NCBI GenBank assembly: GCA_963770955.1
Contig: CAVYRK010000007.1
Location: 145,769-209,768 of the forward strand
Length of the DNA stretch: 64,000 nt
Direction of reading: 5' to 3'
Origin: an uncultured Actinomycetota bacterium
Lineage (GTDB): Bacteria; Actinomycetota; UBA4738
Of the stretch, positions 9,484-18,271 are shown one piece after another. The notes below the pieces were generated by a model that had not been told where the DNA came from, made no database searches, and saw only the letters and a list, made by a program, of their open reading frames with translations. Both the position numbers and the translations under genes were made by a program. Every line of letters begins with the position of its first letter. Position 1 is the first letter of the stretch.

Positions 9484-12099
9484 TCATGCTACGCGGATGC
9501 GCGCCTCGGCCCGGACGGCGCGACGCGGAGCACCCGCGACGCGCGGACCGAACAGGCGCCGGTCGGCGCGGATGGCCAGCCAGCCGAGCGCGCCGATAGC
9601 GACGGCCAGCGCGGCGTCGGCTGCGGGAAGCGCCACGGTGCCCAGCAGGTCTCGGAGAGCCGGGACGTACAGGCCGGCCAGCGCCAGCACCAGCGATCCG
9701 GCGGCGGCCGCCGGCAGGAAGGGATTCTGCGTGGTCCACTGCCGAGCCCGCAAACCGAAGGCCACGCCCAGCTGCAGGCTGACCATCGCGACAAACACCA
9801 TGCTCTGCCATTCCTTCCCGGCGTCCAACCCCCACCGGCCCAGGACGAGCGCCGCGGCCGTCAGCACCACGCTGACGCGGAGCACCCGCTGCCACAGTCC
9901 CTGGCCCAGAACGCTCTCGTCCGGCGGGTGCGGCGGACGGAGCATCGCTCCGTCCTCGGCCGGCTCGGCACCGAGCGCCACGCCCGTCAGGCCGTGGGTG
10001 AGCAGGTTGATCCACAGGATCTGCGCGGCGAGCAGGGGAACCGTCAGCCCCACGAACGGGCCCAGGAGCATCACGAGGATCTCCGCCGCTCCGCCGGCCA
10101 TGCCGAAGACGAGGAAGCGCCGAATGTTGCCGTAGACCCTCCTGCCCTCTTCGACCGCGGCCACGACCGTCGACAGCTCGTCGTCGGCGAGGACGAGGTC
10201 GGCCGCCTGACGCGCCACCTCGGTCCCCCGGTGGCCCATCGCGACGCCGATGTCGGAGCGTCGCAGGGCGGGGCCGTCGTTCACGCCGTCGCCGGTCATC
10301 GCCACCACGTCGCCCCGGTCGCGCCACGCCTGGACGATATCGAGCTTCTGTTCCGGAGCGGTCCGTGCGAACACCCGCGGCATGGTCAGGTCGGGGACGC
10401 GGCCCTCGAGGATCTGCGCGCCGGTCACGACCTCGCCGTCCGGCTCGGACACGATGCCGACGGCCCGGGCCACCGCCCGCGCGGTCGCCGGATGGTCCCC
10501 GGTGATCAGGACCGGCGTGATCCCGGCGGACCGGCACGCGTCGACCGTCGCCCGCGCCGCGGGCTTCGGCGCATCCGCGATGGCCAGGAGGCCAAGGATG
10601 CGGAGGTCCGCGGCGATGTCCCCGGTCTCGCCCGGCGGCTCGTCCGCCGAGCCCTCGGCGATCGCCAGCACGCGATAGCCGCGGTCGGCGAACGCGTGCG
10701 CGCGTCGCACGACGTCCGCCCGGAACGCGTCCTCGCCCACGGAGCCGATGGATGAGGCCACCGACTCGGGCGATCCCTTTCGGACGACCAGGAACCGTGA
10801 TCCGTCGCGGTGCACGGTGGTCATGTGCTGCCGCTCGCTGTCGAAGGGGATCTCGTCGACGCGCGGGTACTCGTCCTCGAGGGACGCCCGAGTGACGCCG
10901 GCCTTTCCCGCAGCGGCCAGCAGGGCGACCTCGGTCGGATCACCGAGTCCCGACCAGCCGTCCCCGACCCCGGCGGGCGGGACCAGCGACGCGTCGTTGC
11001 AGAGGGCCGCGGCCGCGAGCAACCGGACGAGATCGGGAGCGTCGCGCGCGTCCAGGCGGCGACCGTCCTCCCACACGTCGCCGCGCGGCTCGTACCCCTC
11101 CCCGGTGAGCTCGACCGACCGTTGCGGCGTCCAGGCCTCCTGCACCATCATGCGCCCGGTCGTCAGCGTTCCCGTCTTGTCCGTGGCGAGGACCGTCACC
11201 GAGCCGAGCGTCTCGACCGCCGACAACCGCCGCACGATCGCGTTCCGTTCCGCCATGCGGCGCGCCCCCAGGGCCAGGCTCAGGGTCACGACCGCCGGCA
11301 GGGACTCCGGCACCGCGGCCACCGACAGACTGATGGCGGTGACCACCATCAGCTCCACCGGCTGCCCCCGGAACAGGCCGAGCACGAGTACCAGCCCGCT
11401 CAGTCCCACCACGGCCGCGGCGAGCACACGGCCGAGGTCCGCCAGCCGGCGCTGGAGCGGCGTGGCCTGCGGTCGCGTGTCCGTCAGCGCCGCGATCCGC
11501 CCGAGCGTGCTGCGGGGACCGGTTCGCGTCACCTCGGCGAGCCCACGGCCCTTGACCACCACCGTGCCGGCGGCCACTTCCTCCCCTTCGGCCTCGGTGT
11601 GCGGCCCGCGCTTGCCGACCGGCACGGACTCGCCCGTCAGGGCGGACTCGTCCACGAGGAGGGCCGAGGCCTGGAGCAGTCGCGCGTCGGCGGGGACGAC
11701 GTCGCCCTCCGCTAGGAGCACGAGGTCGCCGGGGACGAGATCGCTCGCGGCGATGTGCGATTCAACACCGTTGCGGCGAACCCGTACCGCCGGCGCAGAG
11801 AGCTCCGACAGCGCCGTCACCGCGCGATCGGCGCGGAGCTCCTGGACCACCCCGACCGCGGAGTTCGCGATGACGACCAGCGCGATGACGGCGGCATCGG
11901 TCAGGTCCCCGGTCGCGAGCGTCAGCACGCACGCCCCCAGCAACACCAGGATGAGCGGATCGCGCAACTGCGTACCGATGCTCGACCACACCGACACCCG
12001 CGGCCGGTGGCGCACCTCGTTCGGCCCGAACCGGGCGAGGCGCTCGGTGGCGTCCGCGGTGGAGAGCCCGTCCGGCCCGCGTTCGGTGGTGGCTGTCAT
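9484..12099 (-). CDS. Cation-transporting P-type ATPase (type II, Ca2+/Mg2+ class; CtpF-like)
   Basis: 872 aa from MTATTERG. Contains TGES (LTGESVP), DKTGTLT phosphorylation motif, TGDHPATA and GDGVNDGPAL. The long N-terminal extension of the called ORF is arginine-rich junk. Confidence 0.9.
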   Translation of the reverse strand: MTATTERGPDGLSTADATERLARFGPNEVRHRPRVSVWSSIGTQLRDPLILVLLGACVLTLATGDLTDAAVIALVVIANSAVGVVQELRADRAVTALSELSAPAVRVRRNGVESHIAASDLVPGDLVLLAEGDVVPADARLLQASALLVDESALTGESVPVGKRGPHTEAEGEEVAAGTVVVKGRGLAEVTRTGPRSTLGRIAALTDTRPQATPLQRRLADLGRVLAAAVVGLSGLVLVLGLFRGQPVELMVVTAISLSVAAVPESLPAVVTLSLALGARRMAERNAIVRRLSAVETLGSVTVLATDKTGTLTTGRMMVQEAWTPQRSVELTGEGYEPRGDVWEDGRRLDARDAPDLVRLLAAAALCNDASLVPPAGVGDGWSGLGDPTEVALLAAAGKAGVTRASLEDEYPRVDEIPFDSERQHMTTVHRDGSRFLVVRKGSPESVASSIGSVGEDAFRADVVRRAHAFADRGYRVLAIAEGSADEPPGETGDIAADLRILGLLAIADAPKPAARATVDACRSAGITPVLITGDHPATARAVARAVGIVSEPDGEVVTGAQILEGRVPDLTMPRVFARTAPEQKLDIVQAWRDRGDVVAMTGDGVNDGPALRRSDIGVAMGHRGTEVARQAADLVLADDELSTVVAAVEEGRRVYGNIRRFLVFGMAGGAAEILVMLLGPFVGLTVPLLAAQILWINLLTHGLTGVALGAEPAEDGAMLRPPHPPDESVLGQGLWQRVLRVSVVLTAAALVLGRWGLDAGKEWQSMVFVAMVSLQLGVAFGLRARQWTTQNPFLPAAAAGSLVLALAGLYVPALRDLLGTVALPAADAALAVAIGALGWLAIRADRRLFGPRVAGAPRRAVRAEARIRVA

Positions 12100-12304
12100 C
12101 GTCACAACTCGGCTCCATGGGCGGCCGCTCACCGCCGGTCGCCCGGCTGGGCGAAGGAGCGCGAACGGACCGCAGGTTCGATCCTCCCCGTTTCCGGAGG
12201 CGAGCCGGGGAGCCGAACGGCACCCAGCGCCACGGACCTTCTGCCCTCCCCGGTCCGCCGGACTGCACCTACCGTCGGTAGGAGAAGCACCGAGGAGGTG
12301 GCCC

Positions 12305-13066
12305 ATGAGCAAGACGGTGGAGACGGTGATGACGAGGCAGGTGGCGGTGGTGACCCCGCGCGCTCCGTTCAAGGAGATCGCCGAATTGCTCGCCGAGTAC
12401 CGCGTGAGCGCGGTGCCCGTCGTGGACGAGAACGGGGCGCTGCTCGGAATCGTCACCGAGGAGGACTTGCTGCTCAAGGAGGCCCGGCTGCAAGACGACG
12501 GCCGGCTGCTGGAAGGGCAGAGGAAGCGGCGGGAGCGCCACAAGGCCGAGGGCCTGTTTGCCACCGACCTGATGACGACCCCTGTCATCACGGTCCGCCC
12601 GGCGGCCCCGCTGGCAGAGGCCGCTCGACGGATGCACGAGCACCACGTGAAGCGTCTCCCGGTCGTCGACGCGACCGGCAAGCTGCTCGGGATCGTCAGC
12701 CGCGGGGATCTGCTCCGTGTGTTCGTGCGGCCCGATCCGTTCCTGGAGCGGGAGGTGCGCGAGGACGTGCTGCAGCGCCACTTCGCCGACCAGGCGGACG
12801 GGATCATCGCAACCGTTCACGACGGCGTCGTGCTCCTGACGGGCACGATCGAACGGCGGAGCCAGATGAACGTCCTGCTCGGGCTCATCGGGGGCGTCGA
12901 CGGTCTGGTGGGCATCGACAACCAGCTGCACGCGAGGGTCGACGACCTGGTGCGGCCGGCGTACGTCGCCGGCGCGGTCGGGTCCCTCGGCTACGCCTTC
13001 GTGCCGGGGACGGTTCCCGCCCCGGGGTCGCCCGCCGACCAGAACCGGGAACCGGCCCACCGCTGA
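12305..13066 (+). CDS. CBS-domain pair plus BON-domain protein (Hrp1/Rv2626c-like stress protein)
   Basis: MSKTVETVMTRQVAVVTPRAPFKEIAELLAEYRVSAVPVVDENGALLGIVTEEDLL... forms two CBS motifs. A C-terminal BON-like segment follows (VLLTGTIERRSQMNVLLGLIGGVDGLVGIDNQL). Divergent from the P-type ATPase. Confidence 0.8.
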   Translation: MSKTVETVMTRQVAVVTPRAPFKEIAELLAEYRVSAVPVVDENGALLGIVTEEDLLLKEARLQDDGRLLEGQRKRRERHKAEGLFATDLMTTPVITVRPAAPLAEAARRMHEHHVKRLPVVDATGKLLGIVSRGDLLRVFVRPDPFLEREVREDVLQRHFADQADGIIATVHDGVVLLTGTIERRSQMNVLLGLIGGVDGLVGIDNQLHARVDDLVRPAYVAGAVGSLGYAFVPGTVPAPGSPADQNREPAHR

Positions 13067-13082
13067 TCGAGGGAGGTGGAAG

Positions 13083-14195
13083 ATGAACATCGGACTCCCT
13101 GGAATGCACAAGGAGGCGGGCGAGCGCCGCGACTTCCTGCCCGACTTCGTCCGGCGGCTGTCGGAGGCGGGCGCCGGCGCGATCGTCCTCGAGAAGGGGT
13201 ACGGCTCGGGGATGGGCGTCGCCCCCGAGGCCTACCTCGCGGCCGCGCCGCGGGCGCGCTTCGGGTGCCTCGACGAATGCCTCGAGCAGGAGCTGGTCGC
13301 CGTCGTGCGTTGCCCCGGCGCGGGCGCGCTCAACCGCCTGCCCGCGGGGACGACCCTGCTGTCGATGCTGCACTACGGGACGTGGCCCGCCAGGACACGG
13401 TGGCTTGCCGAGCAGGGCATCCGCGCGATCAGCATGGACGGCATCGTCGACGACGACGGACGCCGGCGGGTGGAGGCCTTCGCGTCCGTCGGGTGGAACG
13501 GCGTCCGCGCCGCCTTCGCCGAGATCGCGAGGCTCCACCCGATGTTCTCCCACCCGGGCCGGGAGCCCCTGCGGGTGACGTGCCTCGGCGCCGGAGCGGT
13601 CGGGGGACACGCCATCCGCGCAGCCACGCGGTACGGAGACCCGAAGCTGCGCGAGGAGCTCGTCTCGCGCCGCGTGCCCGGCGTGGAGGTGACGGTCGCA
13701 GACTTCGACCTCACGTGGCACGAGGACTACATGCGGACGCGGCTGGAGCGTACCGACCTGCTGATCGACGCCACGCAGCGACTGGATCCCTCGCGGCCCG
13801 TGGTGCCGAATGCCTGGATCGCGAGTCTTCCCGACGGCGCCGTCATCCTCGACCTGTCGGCCGACACGTACGACCCGAGCGCGCACCCGCCCAAGACCAA
13901 GGGCATCGAAGGAATCCCGGAGGGCGACCTCGACCAGTGGGTGTTCGCGCCGACCGACCCGGCCTACGAGGACGTCCCGCCATCCGTCCCGACGGCTCAC
14001 CGCAGGGTGGCGCTGTCCTGCTACGCATGGCCGGGGCTCACGCCCCGCGAGTGCATGGCGTTGTACGGCTCACAGCTGGAGCCGTTCCTTCCCCTGATCG
14101 TCGGCGGCACGCCGACGGAGCATGACCGCGAGTCGCACGAGGGGCGCGCCCTTGCCCGAGCGGAGGTGACGACATGGCTGGCACAGGCGGCCTGA
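13083..14195 (+). CDS. Alanine dehydrogenase/PNT-family NAD(P)-binding oxidoreductase (AlaDH / saccharopine-DH / CEOS-like), copy 1
   Basis: The N-terminus MNIGLPGMHKEAGERRDFLPDFV...VLEKGYGSGMG matches the AlaDH/PNT N-terminal domain pattern. A central Rossmann motif LGAGAVGGHAIRAA is present. 370 aa. Confidence 0.65.
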   Translation: MNIGLPGMHKEAGERRDFLPDFVRRLSEAGAGAIVLEKGYGSGMGVAPEAYLAAAPRARFGCLDECLEQELVAVVRCPGAGALNRLPAGTTLLSMLHYGTWPARTRWLAEQGIRAISMDGIVDDDGRRRVEAFASVGWNGVRAAFAEIARLHPMFSHPGREPLRVTCLGAGAVGGHAIRAATRYGDPKLREELVSRRVPGVEVTVADFDLTWHEDYMRTRLERTDLLIDATQRLDPSRPVVPNAWIASLPDGAVILDLSADTYDPSAHPPKTKGIEGIPEGDLDQWVFAPTDPAYEDVPPSVPTAHRRVALSCYAWPGLTPRECMALYGSQLEPFLPLIVGGTPTEHDRESHEGRALARAEVTTWLAQAA

Positions 14196-15433
14196 CGCTG
14201 GGCTTGCCCCGGATGCACAAGGAAGCCGGCGAGCGCCGTGACTTCCTGCCCGAGTTCGTCCGGCACGTGGCTCCGCACGCCGCCGTCGTCGTCGCCGAGG
14301 CCGGCATCGGGTCGGGCATGGACCTGTCGGACGCGGACTACACCGCGATCCCGCGGACGCGGTCGGCGACGCACGACGAGGCGTACCGGCAGGACGTCGT
14401 CCTGGTGCTGCGTGCGCCGGAGGACGCGGAGCTCCGGCTGCTGCATCCGGGCGCGACGCTCGTGTCGATGCTGCACTTCCCCACCCGCCCCGAGCGCGTG
14501 CGGTGCCTCCGGCGGCTCGGCGTGGACGCGGTGAGCCTCGATTCGCTGGCGGACGACGCCGGACGGCGCCTGGTCGAGGATGCGCGCGCCGTTGCCTGGA
14601 ATGGACTGGACATCGCCTTCGGAGTGCTGGAGAAGCAGCGACCTCGATTCTGGGATCCGTATCGAGACCCCATCCGAGTGACGATCCTGGGGGCCGGCGC
14701 CGTGGGTCGCGATGCGGTCGAGGCGGCCACGAAGTACGGCGACCCGGTGCGCTTCGAGCGCGCGGAGGCAGCCGGCGTCCCTGGCGTCGAAGTCGTGACC
14801 GTCGGGCGCAACCTGTCGCGCGATGCCGTCTACCTGCGAAGGCGCCTGCGGGACACCGACATCCTGGTGGACGCGGCGGCCCGCCACGACACCCAGACCC
14901 CGGTGGTCCCGAACACCTGGATCGGCCTGCTGCCGCGGCACGCCGTCATCTGCGACCTCGCCGTCGACTGCTACGAGCTGACGGCGACGCCGCCGGTCGT
15001 CCGGGGCATCGAGGGCATCCCCGCCGGCAACCTCGACCAGCAGGTCTTCCAGCCCGACGATCCGCGATGGGAGACGATGCTTCCCAACGGCGTGCCGTCG
15101 CGACACCGCCGGACGGTCGTGTCGTGCTACTCGTGGCCCGGAGTGCGTCCGCGCGAGTGCATGGAGCTGTACGGCGAGCAGCTCGCGCCGCTGATGATCG
15201 AGCTGCTGGACCGCGGAGGGCTGGACGGGCTCCGGCCCGTGCGCTCGGCGCCGGACCGCGCGCTGCTCCGCGCGAGCCTGCGGGCTCAACCCCCGCGCAT
15301 CGCCACGAGCCGCGTCATCCGGCCCGCTCGACGGGCTCCTGCGCGGCCGGTGACGGCGCGGGCGCGATTCGCGGCTGCCGTGCCGGACGACCGGCGGCCA
15401 GCTGGTGCCGCTCCGGCCGCTGGCCGGCGGTGA
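14174..15433 (+). CDS. Alanine dehydrogenase/PNT-family oxidoreductase, copy 2 (divergent tandem paralogue of 13083..14195)
   Basis: Collinear similarity to copy 1 (LGLPRMHKEAGERRDFLPEFV..., ILGAGAVGRDAVEAATKYGDP, VVSCYSWPGVRPRECMELYGEQL). The C-terminal ~60 aa are low-complexity and the true end is uncertain. Confidence 0.6.
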   Translation: MAGTGGLTLGLPRMHKEAGERRDFLPEFVRHVAPHAAVVVAEAGIGSGMDLSDADYTAIPRTRSATHDEAYRQDVVLVLRAPEDAELRLLHPGATLVSMLHFPTRPERVRCLRRLGVDAVSLDSLADDAGRRLVEDARAVAWNGLDIAFGVLEKQRPRFWDPYRDPIRVTILGAGAVGRDAVEAATKYGDPVRFERAEAAGVPGVEVVTVGRNLSRDAVYLRRRLRDTDILVDAAARHDTQTPVVPNTWIGLLPRHAVICDLAVDCYELTATPPVVRGIEGIPAGNLDQQVFQPDDPRWETMLPNGVPSRHRRTVVSCYSWPGVRPRECMELYGEQLAPLMIELLDRGGLDGLRPVRSAPDRALLRASLRAQPPRIATSRVIRPARRAPARPVTARARFAAAVPDDRRPAGAAPAAGRR

Positions 15434-15936
15434 GCCCGCGCACGATCACCAGGAACAGGATCGAGAGGCCCGGTCACGACGTAGAGCCACCACATCCACG
15501 GCCGTGCGGAGTCCGTCCCCGCGAAGACGCCGTGCACCATCGCCAGGACGAACGCGGGCGCGGCCAGCAGGTGGAGGCGCCGCCACCAGGTGGGGCCGAC
15601 GCGCCGCCGCGACCACGACGACGCGAGGACGGTCACCATCGAATACATCGCGAGCACGCCGAACGCGGTCGCCGCGGGGTGAAACGAGGCGTGCAGCGGA
15701 ACCAGGACGTCCAGCAGCCGGAACGGCATGAACGAATCCACCAGCAGCAGGCCCACGTGCGCGCCCAGCAGCAGCAGCGCCGCCGTGGACAGGAACTGGT
15801 GGATCGTCACGGCGGTCGCCTTCGGCACGCGGGGGCCGAACACCGACGTCGTCCCGATCAGGCCCCACGCCACCGACAGGAAGAGCAGCACGTAGGCGCC
15901 GATCCCCGCGGCCCGCAACAGGATCCAGGTGGTCAT
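15286..15936 (-). CDS. Ferric-reductase-like transmembrane (heme b) domain protein; the C-terminal Ala/Arg-rich tail is probably over-called
   Basis: From MTTWILLRAAGIGAYVLLFLSVAWGLI... the protein has 4-5 TM helices with conserved His residues (HQFLSTAALLLLGAHVGL, MVHGVF). The start overlaps the apbE stop (ATGA). Confidence 0.5.
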   Translation of the reverse strand: MTTWILLRAAGIGAYVLLFLSVAWGLIGTTSVFGPRVPKATAVTIHQFLSTAALLLLGAHVGLLLVDSFMPFRLLDVLVPLHASFHPAATAFGVLAMYSMVTVLASSWSRRRVGPTWWRRLHLLAAPAFVLAMVHGVFAGTDSARPWMWWLYVVTGPLDPVPGDRARAHRRPAAGAAPAGRRSSGTAAANRARAVTGRAGARRAGRMTRLVAMRGG

Positions 15937-16841
15937 CCCGCCTCGCTCATTCCGACGTCGACGCGGAGGTCGTCTCGCACGAGGATCGCAGGGAGCCGGC
16001 CGGCGACATCGTCGCCCGCCAGGAGCGCCCACTTCGCACCCACCTCGGCCTCCGCGCACGTGGGCGCCCAGACGGTGGCCTGCAGGATCCCGGTGTGCGC
16101 CGGGAGGCCGGTCCGGGGGTCGATCAGGTGATGTCTCCCGGGGCCCCACGCGCGCGCGGTGACGCTCGATGTCGCGAGGCCCCCGGCCGCGATCCGCAGA
16201 CGGAGCAACTCGGCCGCCGCGTCGTACGGATCCTCGACGGCGATCTCGACCCCGTCGGGTGGAATGTCATCGCCGGCCAGGCGGAGGTCGCCCCCCGCGT
16301 CCACCAGCGCCCACGGGAGACGGGCGGCGGCTTCCTCCGCCGCCAGATCTGCGGCGCGCCCCTTCGCGATCCCGCCGAAGTCGAACGCCACCCCAGCCGG
16401 CAACAGGAGGTGGTGCTCGCGGACCTGCACCTCTCGCCAGCGTCCGCAGGGGACCGGCGGGTGCAGCGCAAGCCGGGCGCCGGCGATGATCTCGTCGAAG
16501 TCGCGGTCGTATCCCGCGGCGAGCAGGGCCGGCAGGACGGTCGGGTCGAACAGCCCGTCCGTGCGCGACGCTGCGTCGAGCCCGAGCAGTGTCATGTCGA
16601 GGAACTCGGCGGTGACCGCCGTCCACGCGCCCGCCCGGTCGTTCACGCGCGACAGCTCGCTGTCGCGCGTGAACCGCGTGAAGCGGTCGTTGAGCCTGGA
16701 GAAGGTCGCCTCGACCGCGTCGGCCGCGTCCCGGAACCCGGTGGCGTCCGGCGCGATCAGCCGCACCGTCGTTCCCATGGAGCGGAAGACGTGCCGTCGC
16801 GTCGGCATCGGCTCGCGCGCATCGTGCACCTCGAGGGTCAT
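15933..16841 (-). CDS. apbE: FAD:protein FMN transferase (ApbE family)
   Basis: 302 aa from MTLEVHDA. ApbE-like motifs FDFGGIAKGRAAD, ATSSVTARAW...HHLIDPRTG. Confidence 0.8.
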   Translation of the reverse strand: MTLEVHDAREPMPTRRHVFRSMGTTVRLIAPDATGFRDAADAVEATFSRLNDRFTRFTRDSELSRVNDRAGAWTAVTAEFLDMTLLGLDAASRTDGLFDPTVLPALLAAGYDRDFDEIIAGARLALHPPVPCGRWREVQVREHHLLLPAGVAFDFGGIAKGRAADLAAEEAAARLPWALVDAGGDLRLAGDDIPPDGVEIAVEDPYDAAAELLRLRIAAGGLATSSVTARAWGPGRHHLIDPRTGLPAHTGILQATVWAPTCAEAEVGAKWALLAGDDVAGRLPAILVRDDLRVDVGMSEAG

Positions 16842-17156
16842 GGGTGCGACCCTCCCGTGCTCGCCGCCGGCGGGGGCGCCGCGAATCCCGCCGTCACCAC
16901 CGCCGGCGCGCCGACCGTCACCACGCGCGGCGCGGACGAGACCACCACCCGCCGAACGACGTGGTGGATGAGCACAACCGGCCTTTGCGCCGTCGTTGCG
17001 GGCGGGGCCGCCGACGCCGGGGGCCTCGGCGCCATGGACAGGATGCCTGTGGGCAACAGGAAGCTCGCGCCGCCGGCCACCCACGTCCAGGCGCGAAGCA
17101 CCCCGCGCGACGCGCGCTTCGTACGGCGGGGAGGAGAGGGGACGACCCGCAGGTGC

Positions 17157-17468
17157 TCAGTCATCGCCGCCCTCGTGGCCGTCATCGCCAGAGCCATGGG
17201 ACCCGCCGGTGGATGTGGTCGCGGGCGCGGAGGACGTGCTCACCACCGACACGTGGGCCGGAGCGGCCGCGACGCGGCGCACCTTCGGCTTCTTCTTCAC
17301 GTGGACGGTGGTCGTGATGGTCTTGACGACCGGCGCCTGCGATGCCTGCGGCGCCTGCGACGCCGTCGCGGCCTGGCCGCCGGTGAGTCGCATCGTGTAG
17401 CCGACGATGCCGGAGAGCAGAGCCCCGACGACGCCTGCCGCCACCGTGAGCGCGGAACGCTTCTTCAC
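17157..17468 (-). CDS. Small membrane-anchored or secreted Ser/Thr/Ala-rich protein with an acidic Gly/His C-terminus (hypothetical)
   Basis: MKKRSALTVAAGVVGALLSGIVGY is a signal/TM segment. Low-complexity tail ...GGSHGSGDDGHEGGDD. Lies upstream of apbE on the same strand. Confidence 0.35.
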   Translation of the reverse strand: MKKRSALTVAAGVVGALLSGIVGYTMRLTGGQAATASQAPQASQAPVVKTITTTVHVKKKPKVRRVAAAPAHVSVVSTSSAPATTSTGGSHGSGDDGHEGGDD

Positions 17469-17569
17469 ACCCCTCGACCTCCCTTCGATCGGCCGCCCGG
17501 GAGTGCGGCCGAGGAGAAGAGGCTACGAACGAGGGGGTTATGGAATGGTCGCTCTCGGCAAGGACCGGC

Positions 17570-18268
17570 TTAAGGTTTGCCAAGACCGCTGAGCTCGCCA
17601 CCGCTCGGCCCCCTCGCGCTCCCGCCGACGTCCGTGGCGGCCGCGCGAGTGAGCAGCGCGATCACCTCATCGTCGGAGACCTCGGCGAAGTCCTCGTACC
17701 ACTCGTCCAGAGCGAGAATGAGCGGCGGGGTCTCGAGGCAGACCACGGCATCCACCTCTTCCCCCACGGCCTCCGCCGCCTCGCGCGACGAGGCCGGAAC
17801 GGCGACGATGACCCGCGCCGCGCTCCTCTTGACGGCCACGCGCGCTGCCGCCACCGCCGTGGAGCCGGTCGTGAGGCCGTCGTCCACGAGCACGACCGCG
17901 CGCCCCTCGAGGGGCACCTGCGACCGGACGGCTCGGTACCGGGCGACTTCCTGCTCGAGCGCGTGTTCTTCCGAGGCGAGGATTCCGGCGAGCCCTTCCT
18001 CGTTCACGCCCGACTCCTCGAGAAGCTGCATATTGATCACGCGCACGCCGTCCTCGGCGATGGCTCCCAGGGCAAGCTCTGATTCGCCGGGGGTGGGGAG
18101 CTTGCGAACGATCAGGACATCGAGCGGGGCACCCAGGCCACCGGCGACCTCCGCCCCGACGACGACCCCGCCCCGCGGCAACGCGAGCACGACCGACGGG
18201 CGACTCTGCAGATCCCTCAGCCGCTCGGCGAGGGCGCGGCCGGCGTCTCTCCGATCCCGAAACGGCAT
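17570..18268 (-). CDS. Phosphoribosyltransferase-domain protein (Rv0571c-like)
   Basis: PRT-type motif VVLVDDGLTTGSTAVAAARV. N-terminal MPFRDRRDAGRALAERL... is typical of the predicted PRTase family found next to DosR-regulon genes. Confidence 0.7.
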   Translation of the reverse strand: MPFRDRRDAGRALAERLRDLQSRPSVVLALPRGGVVVGAEVAGGLGAPLDVLIVRKLPTPGESELALGAIAEDGVRVINMQLLEESGVNEEGLAGILASEEHALEQEVARYRAVRSQVPLEGRAVVLVDDGLTTGSTAVAAARVAVKRSAARVIVAVPASSREAAEAVGEEVDAVVCLETPPLILALDEWYEDFAEVSDDEVIALLTRAAATDVGGSARGPSGGELSGLGKP

Positions 18269-18271
18269 CCG

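Noticed and set aside
12100-12304. Canonical mycobacterial DosR box (TTSGGGACTWWAGTCCCSAA) searched for in the divergent ATPase / CBS-BON promoter and upstream of the hydrogenase unit
   Set aside because: No 20-bp match. Only GGACC/GGTCC half-site pairs with different spacing were found, and these are reported separately as low-confidence candidates
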